From Eledone cirrhosa (Eukaryota), in contig OZ024741.1 of NCBI GenBank assembly GCA_964016885.1, positions 244,776,001 through 244,840,000 of the forward strand: a stretch of DNA of 64,000 nt, given 5' to 3'. The notes below the pieces were generated by a model. That model searched no databases and was not told the origin of the DNA. It was given only the letters and a program-made list of their open reading frames with translations. Below are positions 1 to 12,651 of the stretch, piece by piece. Every line of letters begins with the position of its first letter. The stretch's first letter is position 1. The translations under genes were made by a program, and so were the position numbers.

Positions 1-745
1 GCAAATCGTCATTTTTGGATTCGTTTTCTTCGAAGCACACCATTCGCCGGCGGACTTTGTTGACGTTTAACACGGTTTGGTTCCACAGCCACAACTATTG
101 ATTTTACGGAGATATCTTGCTGAAATTCACGCCACACATACCCAATGAGTGTCTGCACATGTACCAGTAATTACAGATCGATCCGCCCACGGGTGGCCGG
201 CCCACGATCTAAAATGTAACTCCGCCGGCAAATCCGCATTTTTGTGATTAGTTTCTTCGAAGCACACCATTCGCCGCCGGACTTGAGCTTCCTCATTTAG
301 CATGGGCAGCTTTTCTTAAAAATCACACCACACTCAGCAAATGTGTGTCTGCACATGTACCAGTAATTACAGATCGATCGGACCACGGGCGGCCGGCTCA
401 CAATCGAAAAGGTAACTCCGCCGGCAAATCCGCATTTTTGTGATTCGTTTCTTCGAAGCACACCATTCGCCGCCGGACTTCAGCTTCCTCATTTAGCATG
501 GGCAGCTTTTCTTGCAAATCACACTACACACAGCAAATCTGTGTCTGCACATGTACCAGTAACTACAGATCGATCCGACCACGGGCGGCCGGCCCGCGAT
601 TGAAAAGGTAGCTCCGCCAGCAAATCGTCATTTTTTGATTCGTTTTCTTCGAAGCACACCATTCGCCGGCGGACTTTGTTGACGTTTAACACGGTTTGGT
701 TCCACAGCCACAACTATTGATTTTACGGAGATATCTTGCTGAAAT

Positions 746-972
746 TCACGCCACACATAGCCAATGATTGTCTGCACATGTACCAGTAATTACAGATCGA
801 TCCGACCACGGGTGGCCGGCCCGCGATTGAAAAGGTAACTCCGCCAGCAAATCGTCATTTTTTGATTCGTTTTCTTCGAAGCACACCATTCGCCGGCGGA
901 CTTTGTTGACGTTTAACACGGTTTGGTTCCACAGCCACAACTATTGATTTTACGGAGATATCTTGCTGAAAT
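746..972 (+). repeat. Representative 227-bp monomer, type B (type A, e.g. 519-745, has head TCACACTACACACAGCAAATCT)
   Basis: ~158-bp core ending GGACTT, then the 69-bp tail TGTTGACGTTTAACACGGTTTGGTTCCACAGCCACAACTATTGATTTTACGGAGATATCTTGCTGAAAT. The core contains GGTAACTCCGCCAGCAAATCGTC. Confidence 0.95.
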
Positions 973-1168
973 TCACGCCACACATACCCAATGAGTGTCT
1001 GCACATGTACCAGTAATTACAGATCGATCCGCCCACGGGTGGCCGGCCCACGATCTAAAATGTAACTCCGCCGGCAAATCCGCATTTTTGTGATTAGTTT
1101 CTTCGAAGCACACCATTCGCCGCCGGACTTGAGCTTCCTCATTTAGCATGGGCAGCTTTTCTTGAAAA
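973..1168 (+). repeat. Representative 196-bp monomer, type C (type D, e.g. 323-518, has head TCACACCACACTCAGCAAATGT)
   Basis: Same ~158-bp core with variants (CCACGATCTAAAATGTAACT, CCGCATTTTTGTGATTAG), then the 38-bp tail (G/C)AGCTTCCTCATTTAGCATGGGCAGCTTTTCTTG(A/C)AAA. Confidence 0.95.
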
Positions 1169-4100
1169 TCACACCACACTCAGCAAATGTGTGTCTGCAC
1201 ATGTACCAGTAATTACAGATCGATCGGACCACGGGCGGCCGGTTTGCGATTGAAAAGGTAACTCCGCCGGCAAATCGTCATTTTTGGATTCGTTTTCTTC
1301 GAAGCGCACCATTCGCCGCCGGACTTCAGCTTCCTCATTTAGCATGGGCAGCTTTTCTTGCAAATCACACTACACACAGCAAATCTGTGTCTGCACATGT
1401 ACCAGTAACTACAGATCGATCCGACCACGGGCGGCCGGCCCGCGATTGAAAAGGTAACTCCGCCAGCAAATCGTCATTTTTTGATTCGTTTTCTTCGAAG
1501 CACACCATTCGCCGCCGGACTTTGTTGACGTTTAACACGGTTTGGTTCCACAGCCACAACTATTGATTTTACGGTGATATCTTGCTGAAATTCACGCCAC
1601 ACATAGCCAATGAGTGTCTGCACATGTACCAGTAATTACAGATCGATCGGACCACGGGCGGCCGGTTTGCGATTGAAAAGGTAACTCCGCCGGCAAATCG
1701 TCATTTTTGGATTCGTTTTCTTCGAAGCACACCATTCGCCGGCGGACTTTGTTGACGTTTAACACGGTTTGGTTCCACAGCCACAACTATTGATTTTACG
1801 GAGATATCTTGCTGAAATTCACGCCACACATAGCCAATGATTGTCTGCACATGTACCAGTAATTACAGATCGATCCGACCACGGGTGGCCGGCCCGCGAT
1901 TGAAAAGGTAACTCCGCCAGCAAATCGTCATTTTTGGATTCGTTTTCTTCGAAGCACACCATTCGCCGGCGGACTTTGTTGACGTTTAACACGGTTTGGT
2001 TCCACAGCCACAACTATTGATTTTACGGAGATATCTTGCTGAAATTCACGCCACACATACCCAATGAGTGTCTGCACATGTACCAGTAATTACAGATCGA
2101 TCCGCCCACGGGTGGCCGGCCCACGATCTAAAATGTAACTCCGCCGGCAAATCCGCATTTTTGTGATTAGTTTCTTCGAAGCACACCATTCGCCGCCGGA
2201 CTTGAGCTTCCTCATTTAGCATGGGCAGCTTTTCTTAAAAATCACACCACACTCAGCAAATGTGTGTCTGCACATGTACCAGTAATTACAGATCGATCGG
2301 ACCACGGGCGGCCGGCTCACAATCGAAAAGGTAACTCCGCCGGCAAATCCGCATTTTTGTGATTCGTTTCTTCGAAGCACACCATTCGCCGCCGGACTTC
2401 AGCTTCCTCATTTAGCATGGGCAGCTTTTCTTGCAAATCACACTACACACAGCAAATCTGTGTCTGCACATGTACCAGTAACTACAGATCGATCCGACCA
2501 CGGGCGGCCGGCCCGCGATTGAAAAGGTAGCTCCGCCAGCAAATCGTCATTTTTTGATTCGTTTTCTTCGAAGCACACCATTCGCCGGCGGACTTTGTTG
2601 ACGTTTAACACGGTTTGGTTCCACAGCCACAACTATTGATTTTACGGAGATATCTTGCTGAAATTCACGCCACACATAGCCAATGATTGTCTGCACATGT
2701 ACCAGTAATTACAGATCGATCCGACCACGGGTGGCCGGCCCGCGATTGAAAAGGTAACTCCGCCAGCAAATCGTCATTTTTTGATTCGTTTTCTTCGAAG
2801 CACACCATTCGCCGGCGGACTTTGTTGACGTTTAACACGGTTTGGTTCCACAGCCACAACTATTGATTTTACGGAGATATCTTGCTGAAATCCACGCCAC
2901 ACATACCCAATGAGTGTCTGCACATGTACCAGTAATTACAGATCGATCCGCCCACGGGTGGCCGGCCCACGATCTAAAATGTAACTCCGCCGGCAAATCC
3001 GCATTTTTGTGATTAGTTTCTTCGAAGCACACCATTCGCCGCCGGACTTGAGCTTCCTCATTTAGCATGGGCAGCTTTTCTTGAAAATCACACCACACTC
3101 AGCAAATGTGTGTCTGCACATGTACCAGTAATTACAGATCGATCGGACCACGGGCGGCCGGCTCACGATCGAAAAAGTAACTCCGCCGGCAAATCCGCAT
3201 TTTTGTGATTCGTTTCTTCGAAGCACACCATTCGCCGCCGGACTTCAGCTTCCTCATTTAGCATGGGCAGCTTTTCTTGCAAATCACACTACACACAGCA
3301 AATCTGTGTCTGCACATGTACCAGTAACTACAGATCGATCCGACCACGGGCGGCCGGCCCGCGATTGAAAAGGTAACTCCGCCAGCAAATCGTCATTTTT
3401 TGATTCGTTTTCTTCGAAGCACACCATTCGCCGCCGGACTTTGTTGACGTTTAACACGGTTTGGTTCCACAGCCACAACTATTGATTTTACGGAGATATC
3501 TTGCTGAAATTCACGCCACACATAGCCAATGATTGTCTGCACATGTACCAGTAATTACAGATCGATCCGACCACGGGTGGCCGGCCCGCGATTGAAAAGG
3601 TAACTCCGCCAGCAAATCGTCATTTTTGGATTCGTTTTCTTCGAAGCACACCATTCGCCGGCGGACTTTGTTGACGTTTAACACGGTTTGGTTCCACAGC
3701 CACAACTATTGATTTTACGGAGATATCTTGCTGAAATTCACGCCACACATACCCAATGATTGTCTGCACATGTACCAGTAATTACAGATCGATCCGACCA
3801 CGGGTGGCCGGCCCGCGATTGAAAAGGTAACTCCGCCAGCAAATCGTCATTTTTGGATTCGTTTTCTTCGAAGCACACCATTCGCCGGCGGACTTTGTTG
3901 ACGTTTAACACGGTTTGGTTCCACAGCCACAACTATTGATTTTACGGAGATATCTTGCTGAAATTCACGCCACACATACCCAATGAGTGTCTGCACATGT
4001 GCCAGTAATTACAGATCGATCCGCCCACGGGTGGCCGGCCCACGATCTAAAATGTAACTCCGCCGGCAAATCCGCATTTTTGTGATTAGTTTCTTCGAAG

Positions 4101-7100
4101 CACACCATTCGCCGCCGGACTTGAGCTTCCTCATTTAGCATGGGCAGCTTTTCTTGAGAATCACACCACACTCAGCAAATGTGCGTCTGCACATGTACCA
4201 GTAATTACAGATCGATCGGACCACGGGCGGCCGGCTCACGATCGAAAAGGTAACTCCGCCGGCAAATCCGCATTTTTGTGATTCGTTTCTTCGAAGCACA
4301 CCATTCGCCGCCGGACTTCAGCTTCCTCATTTAGCATGGGCAGCTTTTCTTGCAAATCACACTACACACAGCAAATCTGTGTCTGCACATGTACCAGTAA
4401 CTACAGATCGATCCGACCACGGGCGGCCGGCCCGCGATTGAAAAGGTAGCTCCGCCAGCAAATCGTCATTTTTTGATTCGTTTTCTTCGAAGCACACCAT
4501 TCGCCGGCGGACTTTGTTGACGTTTAACACGGTTTGGTTCCACAGCCACAACTATTGATTTTACGGAGATATCTTGCTGAAATTCACGCCACACATAGCC
4601 AATGATTGTCTGCACATGTACCAGTAATTACAGATCGATCCGACCACGGGTGGCCGGCCCGCGATTGAAAAGGTAACTCCGCCAGCAAATCGTCATTTTT
4701 TGATTCGTTTTCTTCGAAGCACACCATTCGCCGGCGGACTTTGTTGACGTTTAACACGGTTTGGTTCCACAGCCACAACTATTGATTTTACGGAGATATC
4801 TTGCTGAAATTCACGCCACACATACCCAATGAGTGTCTGCACATGTACCAGTAATTACAGATCGATCCGCCCACGGGTGGCCGGCCCACGATCTAAAATG
4901 TAACTCCGCCGGCAAATCCGCATTTTTGTGATTAGTTTCTTCGAAGCACACCATTCGCCGCCGGACTTGAGCTTCCTCATTTAGCATGGGCAGCTTTTCT
5001 TGAAAATCACACCACACTCAGCAAATGTGTGTCTGCACATGTACCAGTAATTACAGATCGATCGGACCACGGGCGGCCGGCGCACGATCGAAAAGGTAAC
5101 TCCGCCGGCAAATCCGCATTTTTGTGATTCGTTTCTTCGAAGCACACCATTCGCCGCCGGACTTCAGCTTCCTCATTTAGCATGGGCAGCTTTTCTTGCA
5201 AATCACACTACACACAGCAAATCTGTGTCTGCACATGTACCAGTAACTACAGATCGATCCGACCACGGGCGGCCGGCCCGCGATTGAAAAGGTAACTCCG
5301 CCAGCAAATCGTCATTTTTTGATTCGTTTTCTTCGAAGCACACCATTCGCCGCCGGACTTTGTTGACGTTTAACACGGTTTGGTTCCACAGCCACAACTA
5401 TTGATTTTACGGAGATATCTTGCTGAAATTCACGCCACACATAGCCAATGATTGTCTGCACATGTACCAGTAATTACAGATCGATCCGACCACGGGTGGC
5501 CGGCCCGCGATTGAAAAGGTAACTCCGCCAGCAAATCGTCATTTTTGGATTCGTTTTCTTCGAAGCACACCATTCGCCGGCGGACTTTGTTGACGTTTAA
5601 CACGGTTTGGTTCCACAGCCACAACTATTGATTTTACGGAGATATCTTGCTGAAATTCACGCCACACATACCCAATGAGTGTCTGCACATGTACCAGTAA
5701 TTACAGATCGATACGCCCAAGGGTGGCCGGCCCACGATCTAAAATGTAACTCCGCCGGCAAATCCGCATTTTTGTGATTAGTTTCTTCGAAGCACACCAT
5801 TCGCCGCCGGACTTGAGCTTCCTCATTTACCATGGGCAGCTTTTCTTGCAAATCACACTACACACAGCAAATCTGTGTCTGCACATGTACCAGTAACTAC
5901 AGATCGATCCGACCACGGGCGGCCGGCCCGCGATTGAAAAGGTAGCTCCGCCAGCAAATCGTCATTTTTTGATTCGTTTTCTTCGAAGCACACCATTCGC
6001 CGGCGGACTTTGTTGACGTTTAACACGGTTTGGTTCCACAGCCACAACTATTGATTTTACGGAGATATCTTGCTGAAATTCACGCCACACATAGCCAATG
6101 ATTGTCTGCACATGTACCAGTAATTACAGATCGATCCGACCACGGGTGGCCGGCCCGCGATTGAAAAGGTAACTCCGCCAGCAAATCGTCATTTTTGGAT
6201 TCGTTTTCTTCGAAGCACACCATTCGCCGGCGGACTTTGTTGACGTTTAACACGGTTTGGTTCCACAGCCACAACTATTGATTTTACGGAGATATCTTGC
6301 TGAAATTCACGCCACACATACCCAATGAGTGTCTGCACATGTACCAGTAATTACAGATCGATCCGCCCACGGGTGGCCGGCCCACGATCTAAAATGTAAC
6401 TCCGCCGGCAAATCCGCATTTTTGTGATTAGTTTCTTCGAAGCACACCATTCGCCGCCGGACTTGAGCTTCCTCATTTAGCATGGGCAGCTTTTCTTGAA
6501 AATCACACCACACTCAGCAAATGTGTGTCTGCACATGTACCAGTAATTACAGATCGATCGGACCACGGGCGGCCGGTTTGCGATTGAAAAGGTAACTCCG
6601 CCGGCAAATCGTCATTTTTGGATTCGTTTTCTTCGAAGCACACCATTCGCCGGCGGACTTTGTTGACGTTTAACACGGTTTGGTTCCACAGCCACAACTA
6701 TTGATTTTACGGAGATATCTTGCTGAAATTCACGCCACACATAGCCAATGATTGTCTGCACATGTACCAGTAATTACAGATCGATCCGCCCACGGGTGGC
6801 CGGCCCACGATCTAAAATGTAACTCCGCCGGCAAATCCGCATTTTTGTGATTAGTTTCTTCGAAGCACACCATTCGCCGCCGGACTTGAGCTTCCTCATT
6901 TAGCATGGGCAGCTTTTCTTAAAAATCACACCACACTCAGCAAATGTGTGTCTGCACATGTACCAGTAATTACAGATCGATCGGACCACGGGCGGCCGGC
7001 TCACAATCGAAAAGGTAACTCCGCCGGCAAATCCGCATTTTTGTGATTCGTTTCTTCGAAGCACACCATTCGCCGCCGGACTTCAGCTTCCTCATTTAGC

Positions 7101-10100
7101 ATGGGCAGCTTTTCTTGCAAATCACACTACACACAGCAAATCTGTGTCTGCACATGTACCAGTAACTACAGATCGATCCGCCCACGGGCGGCCGGCCCGC
7201 GATTGAAAAGGTAACTCCGCCAGCAAATCGTCATTTTTTGATTCGTTTTCTTCGAAGCACACCATTCGCCGCCGGACTTTGTTGACGTTTAACACGGTTT
7301 GGTTCCAAAGCCACAACTATTGATTTTACGGAGATATCTTGCTGAAATTCACGCCACACATAGCCAATGATTGTCTGCACATGTACCAGTAATTACAGTT
7401 CGATCCGACCACGGGTGGCCGGCCCGCGATTGAAAAGGTAACTCCGCCAGCAAATCGTCATTTTTGGATTCGTTTTCTTCGAAGCACACCATTCGCCGGC
7501 GGACTTTGTTGACGTTTGACACGGTTTGGTTCCACAGCCACAACTATTGATTTTACGGAGATATCTTGCTGAAATTCACGCCACACATAGCCAATGATTG
7601 TCTGCACATGTACCAGTAATTACAGATCGATCCGCCCACGGGTGGCCGGCCCACGATCTAAAATGTAACTCCGCCGGCAAATCCGCATTTTTGTGATTAG
7701 TTTCTTCGAAGCACACCATTCGCCGCCGGACTTGAGCTTCCTCATTTAGCATGGGCAGCTTTTCTTAAAAATCACACCACACTCAGCAAATGTGTGTCTG
7801 CACATGTACCAGTAATTACAGATCGATCGGACCACGGGCGGCCGGCTCACAATCGAAAAGGTAACTCCGCCGGCAAATCCGCATTTTTGTGATTCGTTTC
7901 TTCGAAGCACACCATTCGCCGCCGGACTTCAGCTTCCTCATTTAGCATGGGCAGCTTTTCTTGCAAATCACACTACACACAGCAAATCTGTGTCTGCACA
8001 TGTACCAGTAACTACAGATCGATCCGCCCACGGGCGGCCGGCCCGCGATTGAAAAGGTAACTCCGCCAGCAAATCGTCATTTTTTGATTCGTTTTCTTCG
8101 AAGCACACCATTCGCCGCCGGACTTTGTTGACGTTTAACACGGTTTGGTTCCAAAGCCACAACTATTGATTTTACGGAGATATCTTGCTGAAATTCACGC
8201 CACACATAGCCAATGATTGTCTGCACATGTACCAGTAATTACAGATCGATCCGACCACGGGTGGCCGGCCCGAGATTGAAAAGGTAACTCCGCCAGCAAA
8301 TCGTCATTTTTGGATTCGTTTTCTTCGAAGCACACCATTCGCCGGCGGACTTTGTTGACGTTTAACACGGTTTGGTTCCACAGCCACAACTATTGATTTT
8401 ACGGAGATATCTTGCTGAAATTCACGCCACACATACCCAATGAGTGTCTGCACATGTGCCAGTAATTACAGATCGATCCGCCCACGGGTGGCCGGCCCAC
8501 GATCTAAAATGTAACTCCGCCGGCAAATCCGCATTTTTGTGATTAGTTTCTTCGAAGCACACCATTCGCCGCCGGACTTGAGCTTCCTCATTTAGCATGG
8601 GCAGCTTTTCTTGAAAATCACACCACACTCAGCAAATGTGCGTCTGCACATGTACCAGTAATTACAGATCGATCCGACCACGGGTGGCCGGCCCGCGATT
8701 GAAAAGGTAACTCCGCCAGCAAATCGTCATTTTTGGATTCGTTTTCTTCGAAGCACACCATTCGCCGGCGGACTTTGTTGACGTTTAACACGGTTTGGTT
8801 CCACAGCCACAACTATTGATTTTACGGAGATATCTTGCTGAAATTCACGCCACACATACCCAATGAGTGTCTGCACATGTACCAGTAATTACAGATCGAT
8901 CCGCCCACGGGTGGCCGGCCCACGATCTAAAATGTAACTCCGCCGGCAAATCCGCATTTTTGTGATTAGTTTCTTCGAAGCACACCATTCGCCGCCGGAC
9001 TTGAGCTTCCTCATTTAGCATGGGCAGCTTTTCTTAAAAATCACACCACACTCAGCAAATGTGTGTCTGCACATGTACCAGTAATTACAGATCGATCGGA
9101 CCACGGGCGGCCGGCTCACAATCGAAAAGGTAACTCCGCCGGCAAATCCGCATTTTTGTGATTCGTTTCTTCGAAGCACACCATTCGCCGCCGGACTTCA
9201 GCTTCCTCATTTAGCATGGGCAGCTTTTCTTGCAAATCACACTACACACAGCAAATCTGTGTCTGCACATGTACCAGTAACTACAGATCGATCCGACCAC
9301 GGGCGGCCGGCCCGCGATTGAAAAGGTAGCTCCGCCAGCAAATCGTCATTTTTTGATTCGTTTTCTTCGAAGCACACCATTCGCCGGCGGACTTTGTTGA
9401 CGTTTAACACGGTTTGGTTCCACAGCCACAACTATTGATTTTACGGAGATATCTTGCTGAAATTCACGCCACACATAGCCAATGATTGTCTGCACATGTA
9501 CCAGTAATTACAGATCGATCCGACCACGGGTGGCCGGCCCGCGATTGAAAAGGTAACTCCGCCAGCAAATCGTCATTTTTTGATTCGTTTTCTTCGAAGC
9601 ACACCATTCGCCGGCGGACTTTGTTGACGTTTAACACGGTTTGGTTCCACAGCCACAACTATTGATTTTACGGAGATATCTTGCTGAAATTCACGCCACA
9701 CATACCCAATGAGTGTCTGCACATGTACCAGTAATTACAGATCGATCCGCCCACGGGTGGCCGGCCCACGATCTAAAATGTAACTCCGCCGGCAAATCCG
9801 CATTTTTGTGATTAGTTTCTTCGAAGCACACCATTCGCCGCCGGACTTGAGCTTCCTCATTTAGCATGGGCAGCTTTTCTTGAAAATCACACCACACTCA
9901 GCAAATGTGTGTCTGCACATGTACCAGTAATTACAGATCGATCGGACCACGGGCGGCCGGTTTGCGATTGAAAAGGTAACTCCGCCGGCAAATCGGCATT
10001 TTTGGATTCGTTTTCTTCGAAGCACACCATTCGCCGCCGGACTTCAGCTTCCTCATTTAGCATGGGCAGCTTTTCTTGCAAATCACACTACACACAGCAA

Positions 10101-12651
10101 ATCTGTGTCTGCACATGTACCAGTAACTACAGATCGATCCGACCACGGGCGGCCGGCCCACGATCGAAAAGGTAACTCCGCCGGCAAATCGTCATTTTTG
10201 GATTCGTTTTCTTCGAAGCACACCATTCGCCGGCGGACTTTGTTGACGTTTAACACGGTTTGGTTCCACAGCCACAACTATTGATTTTACGGAGATATCT
10301 TGCTGGAATTCACGCCACACATACCCAATGAGTGTCTGCACATGTACCAGTAATTACAGATCGATCCGCCCACGGGTGGCCGGCCCACGATCTAAAATGT
10401 AACTCCGCCGGCAAATCCGCATTTTTGTGATTAGTTTCTTCGAAGCACACCATTCGCCGCCGGACTTGAGCTTCCTCATTTAGCATGGGCAGCTTTTCTT
10501 GAAAATCACACCACACTCAGCAAATGTGCGTCTGCACATGTACCAGTAATTACAGATCGATCGGACCACGGGCGGCCGGCTCACGATCGAAAAGGTAACT
10601 CCGCCGGCAAATCCGCATTTTTGTGATTCGTTTCTTCGAAGCACACCATTCGCCGCCGGACTTCAGCTTCCTCATTTAGCATGGGCAGCTTTTCTTGCAA
10701 ATCACACTACACACAGCAAATCTGTGTCTGCACATGTACCAGTAACTACAGATCGATCCGACCACGGGCGGCCGGCCCGCGATTGAAAAGGTAGCTCCGC
10801 CAGCAAATCGTCATTTTTTGATTCGTTTTCTTCGAAGCACACCATTCGCCGGCGGACTTTGTTGACGTTTAACACGGTTTGGTTCCACAGCCACAACTAT
10901 TGATTTTACGGAGATATCTTGCTGAAATTCACGCCACACATAGCCAATGATTGTCTGCACATGTACCAGTAATTACAGATCGATCCGACCACGGGTGGCC
11001 GGCCCGCGATTGAAAAGGTAACTCCGCCAGCAAATCGTCATTTTTTGATTCGTTTTCTTCGAAGCACACCATTCGCCGGCGGACTTTGTTGACGTTTAAC
11101 ACGGTTTGGTTCCACAGCCACAACTATTGATTTTACGGAGATATCTTGCTGAAATTCACGCCACACATACCCAATGAGTGTCTGCACATGTACCAGTAAT
11201 TACAGATCGATCCGCCCACGGGTGGCCGGCCCACGATCTAAAATGTAACTCCGCCGGCAAATCCGCATTTTTGTGATTAGTTTCTTCGAAGCACACCATT
11301 CGCCGCCGGACTTGAGCTTCCTCATTTAGCATGGGCAGCTTTTCTTGAAAATCACACCACACTCAGCAAATGTGTGTCTGCACATGTACCAGTAATTACA
11401 GATCGATCGGACCACGGGCGGCCGGCTCACGATCGAAAAGGTAACTCCGCCGGCAAATCCGCATTTTTGTGATTCGTTTCTTCGAAGCACACCATTCGCC
11501 GCCGGACTTCAGCTTCCTCATTTAGCATGGGCAGCTTTTCTTGCAAATCACACTACACACAGCAAATCTGTGTCTGCACATGTACCAGTAACTACAGATC
11601 GATCCGACCACGGGCGGCCGGCCCGCGATTGAAAAGGTAACTCCGCCAGCAAATCGTCATTTTTTGATTCGTTTTCTTCGAAGCACACCATTCGCCGCCG
11701 GACTTTGTTGACGTTTAACACGGTTTGGTTCCACAGCCACAACTATTGATTTTACGGAGATATCTTGCTGAAATTCACGCCACACATAGCCAATGATTGT
11801 CTGCACATGTACCAGTAATTACAGATCGATCCGACCACGGGTGGCCGGCCCGCGATTGAAAAGGTAACTCCGCCAGCAAATCGTCATTTTTGGATTCGTT
11901 TTCTTCGAAGCACACCATTCGCCGGCGGACTTTGTTGACGTTTAACACGGTTTGGTTCCACAGCCACAACTATTGATTTTACGGAGATATCTTGCTGAAA
12001 TTCACGCCACACATACCCAATGAGTGTCTGCACATGTACCAGTAATTACAGATCGATACGCCCAAGGGTGGCCGGCCCACGATCTAAAATGTAACTCCGC
12101 CGGCAAATCCGCATTTTTGTGATTAGTTTCTTCGAAGCACACCATTCGCCGCCGGACTTGAGCTTCCTCATTTACCATGGGCAGCTTTTCTTGCAAATCA
12201 CACTACACACAGCAAATCTGTGTCTGCACATGTACCAGTAACTACAGATCGATCCGACCACGGGCGGCCGGCCCGCGATTGAAAAGGTAGCTCCGCCAGC
12301 AAATCGTCATTTTTTGATTCGTTTTCTTCGAAGCACACCATTCGCCGGCGGACTTTGTTGACGTTTAACACGGTTTGGTTCCACAGCCACAACTATTGAT
12401 TTTACGGAGATATCTTGCTGAAATTCACGCCACACATAGCCAATGATTGTCTGCACATGTACCAGTAATTACAGATCGATCCGACCACGGGTGGCCGGCC
12501 CGCGATTGAAAAGGTAACTCCGCCAGCAAATCGTCATTTTTGGATTCGTTTTCTTCGAAGCACACCATTCGCCGGCGGACTTTGTTGACGTTTAACACGG
12601 TTTGGTTCCACAGCCACAACTATTGATTTTACGGAGATATCTTGCTGAAAT

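Noticed and set aside
865-905. CENP-B box (core TTCGnnnnAnnCGGG) at the TTCG motifs
   Set aside because: TTCGTTTTCTTCGAAG, TTCGAAGCACACCATT and TTCGCCGGCGGACTT lack the required CGGG at the right spacing, and I saw no match on the minus strand.
973-1168. Identity with a known family (Trypanosoma cruzi 195-bp satellite, alpha satellite, CEN178) or a 5S rRNA/tRNA tandem array
   Set aside because: Only the length is similar. I see no sequence resemblance, 5S conserved motifs or tRNA cloverleaf. A Dfam/Repbase/nt search would be needed to assign the family.
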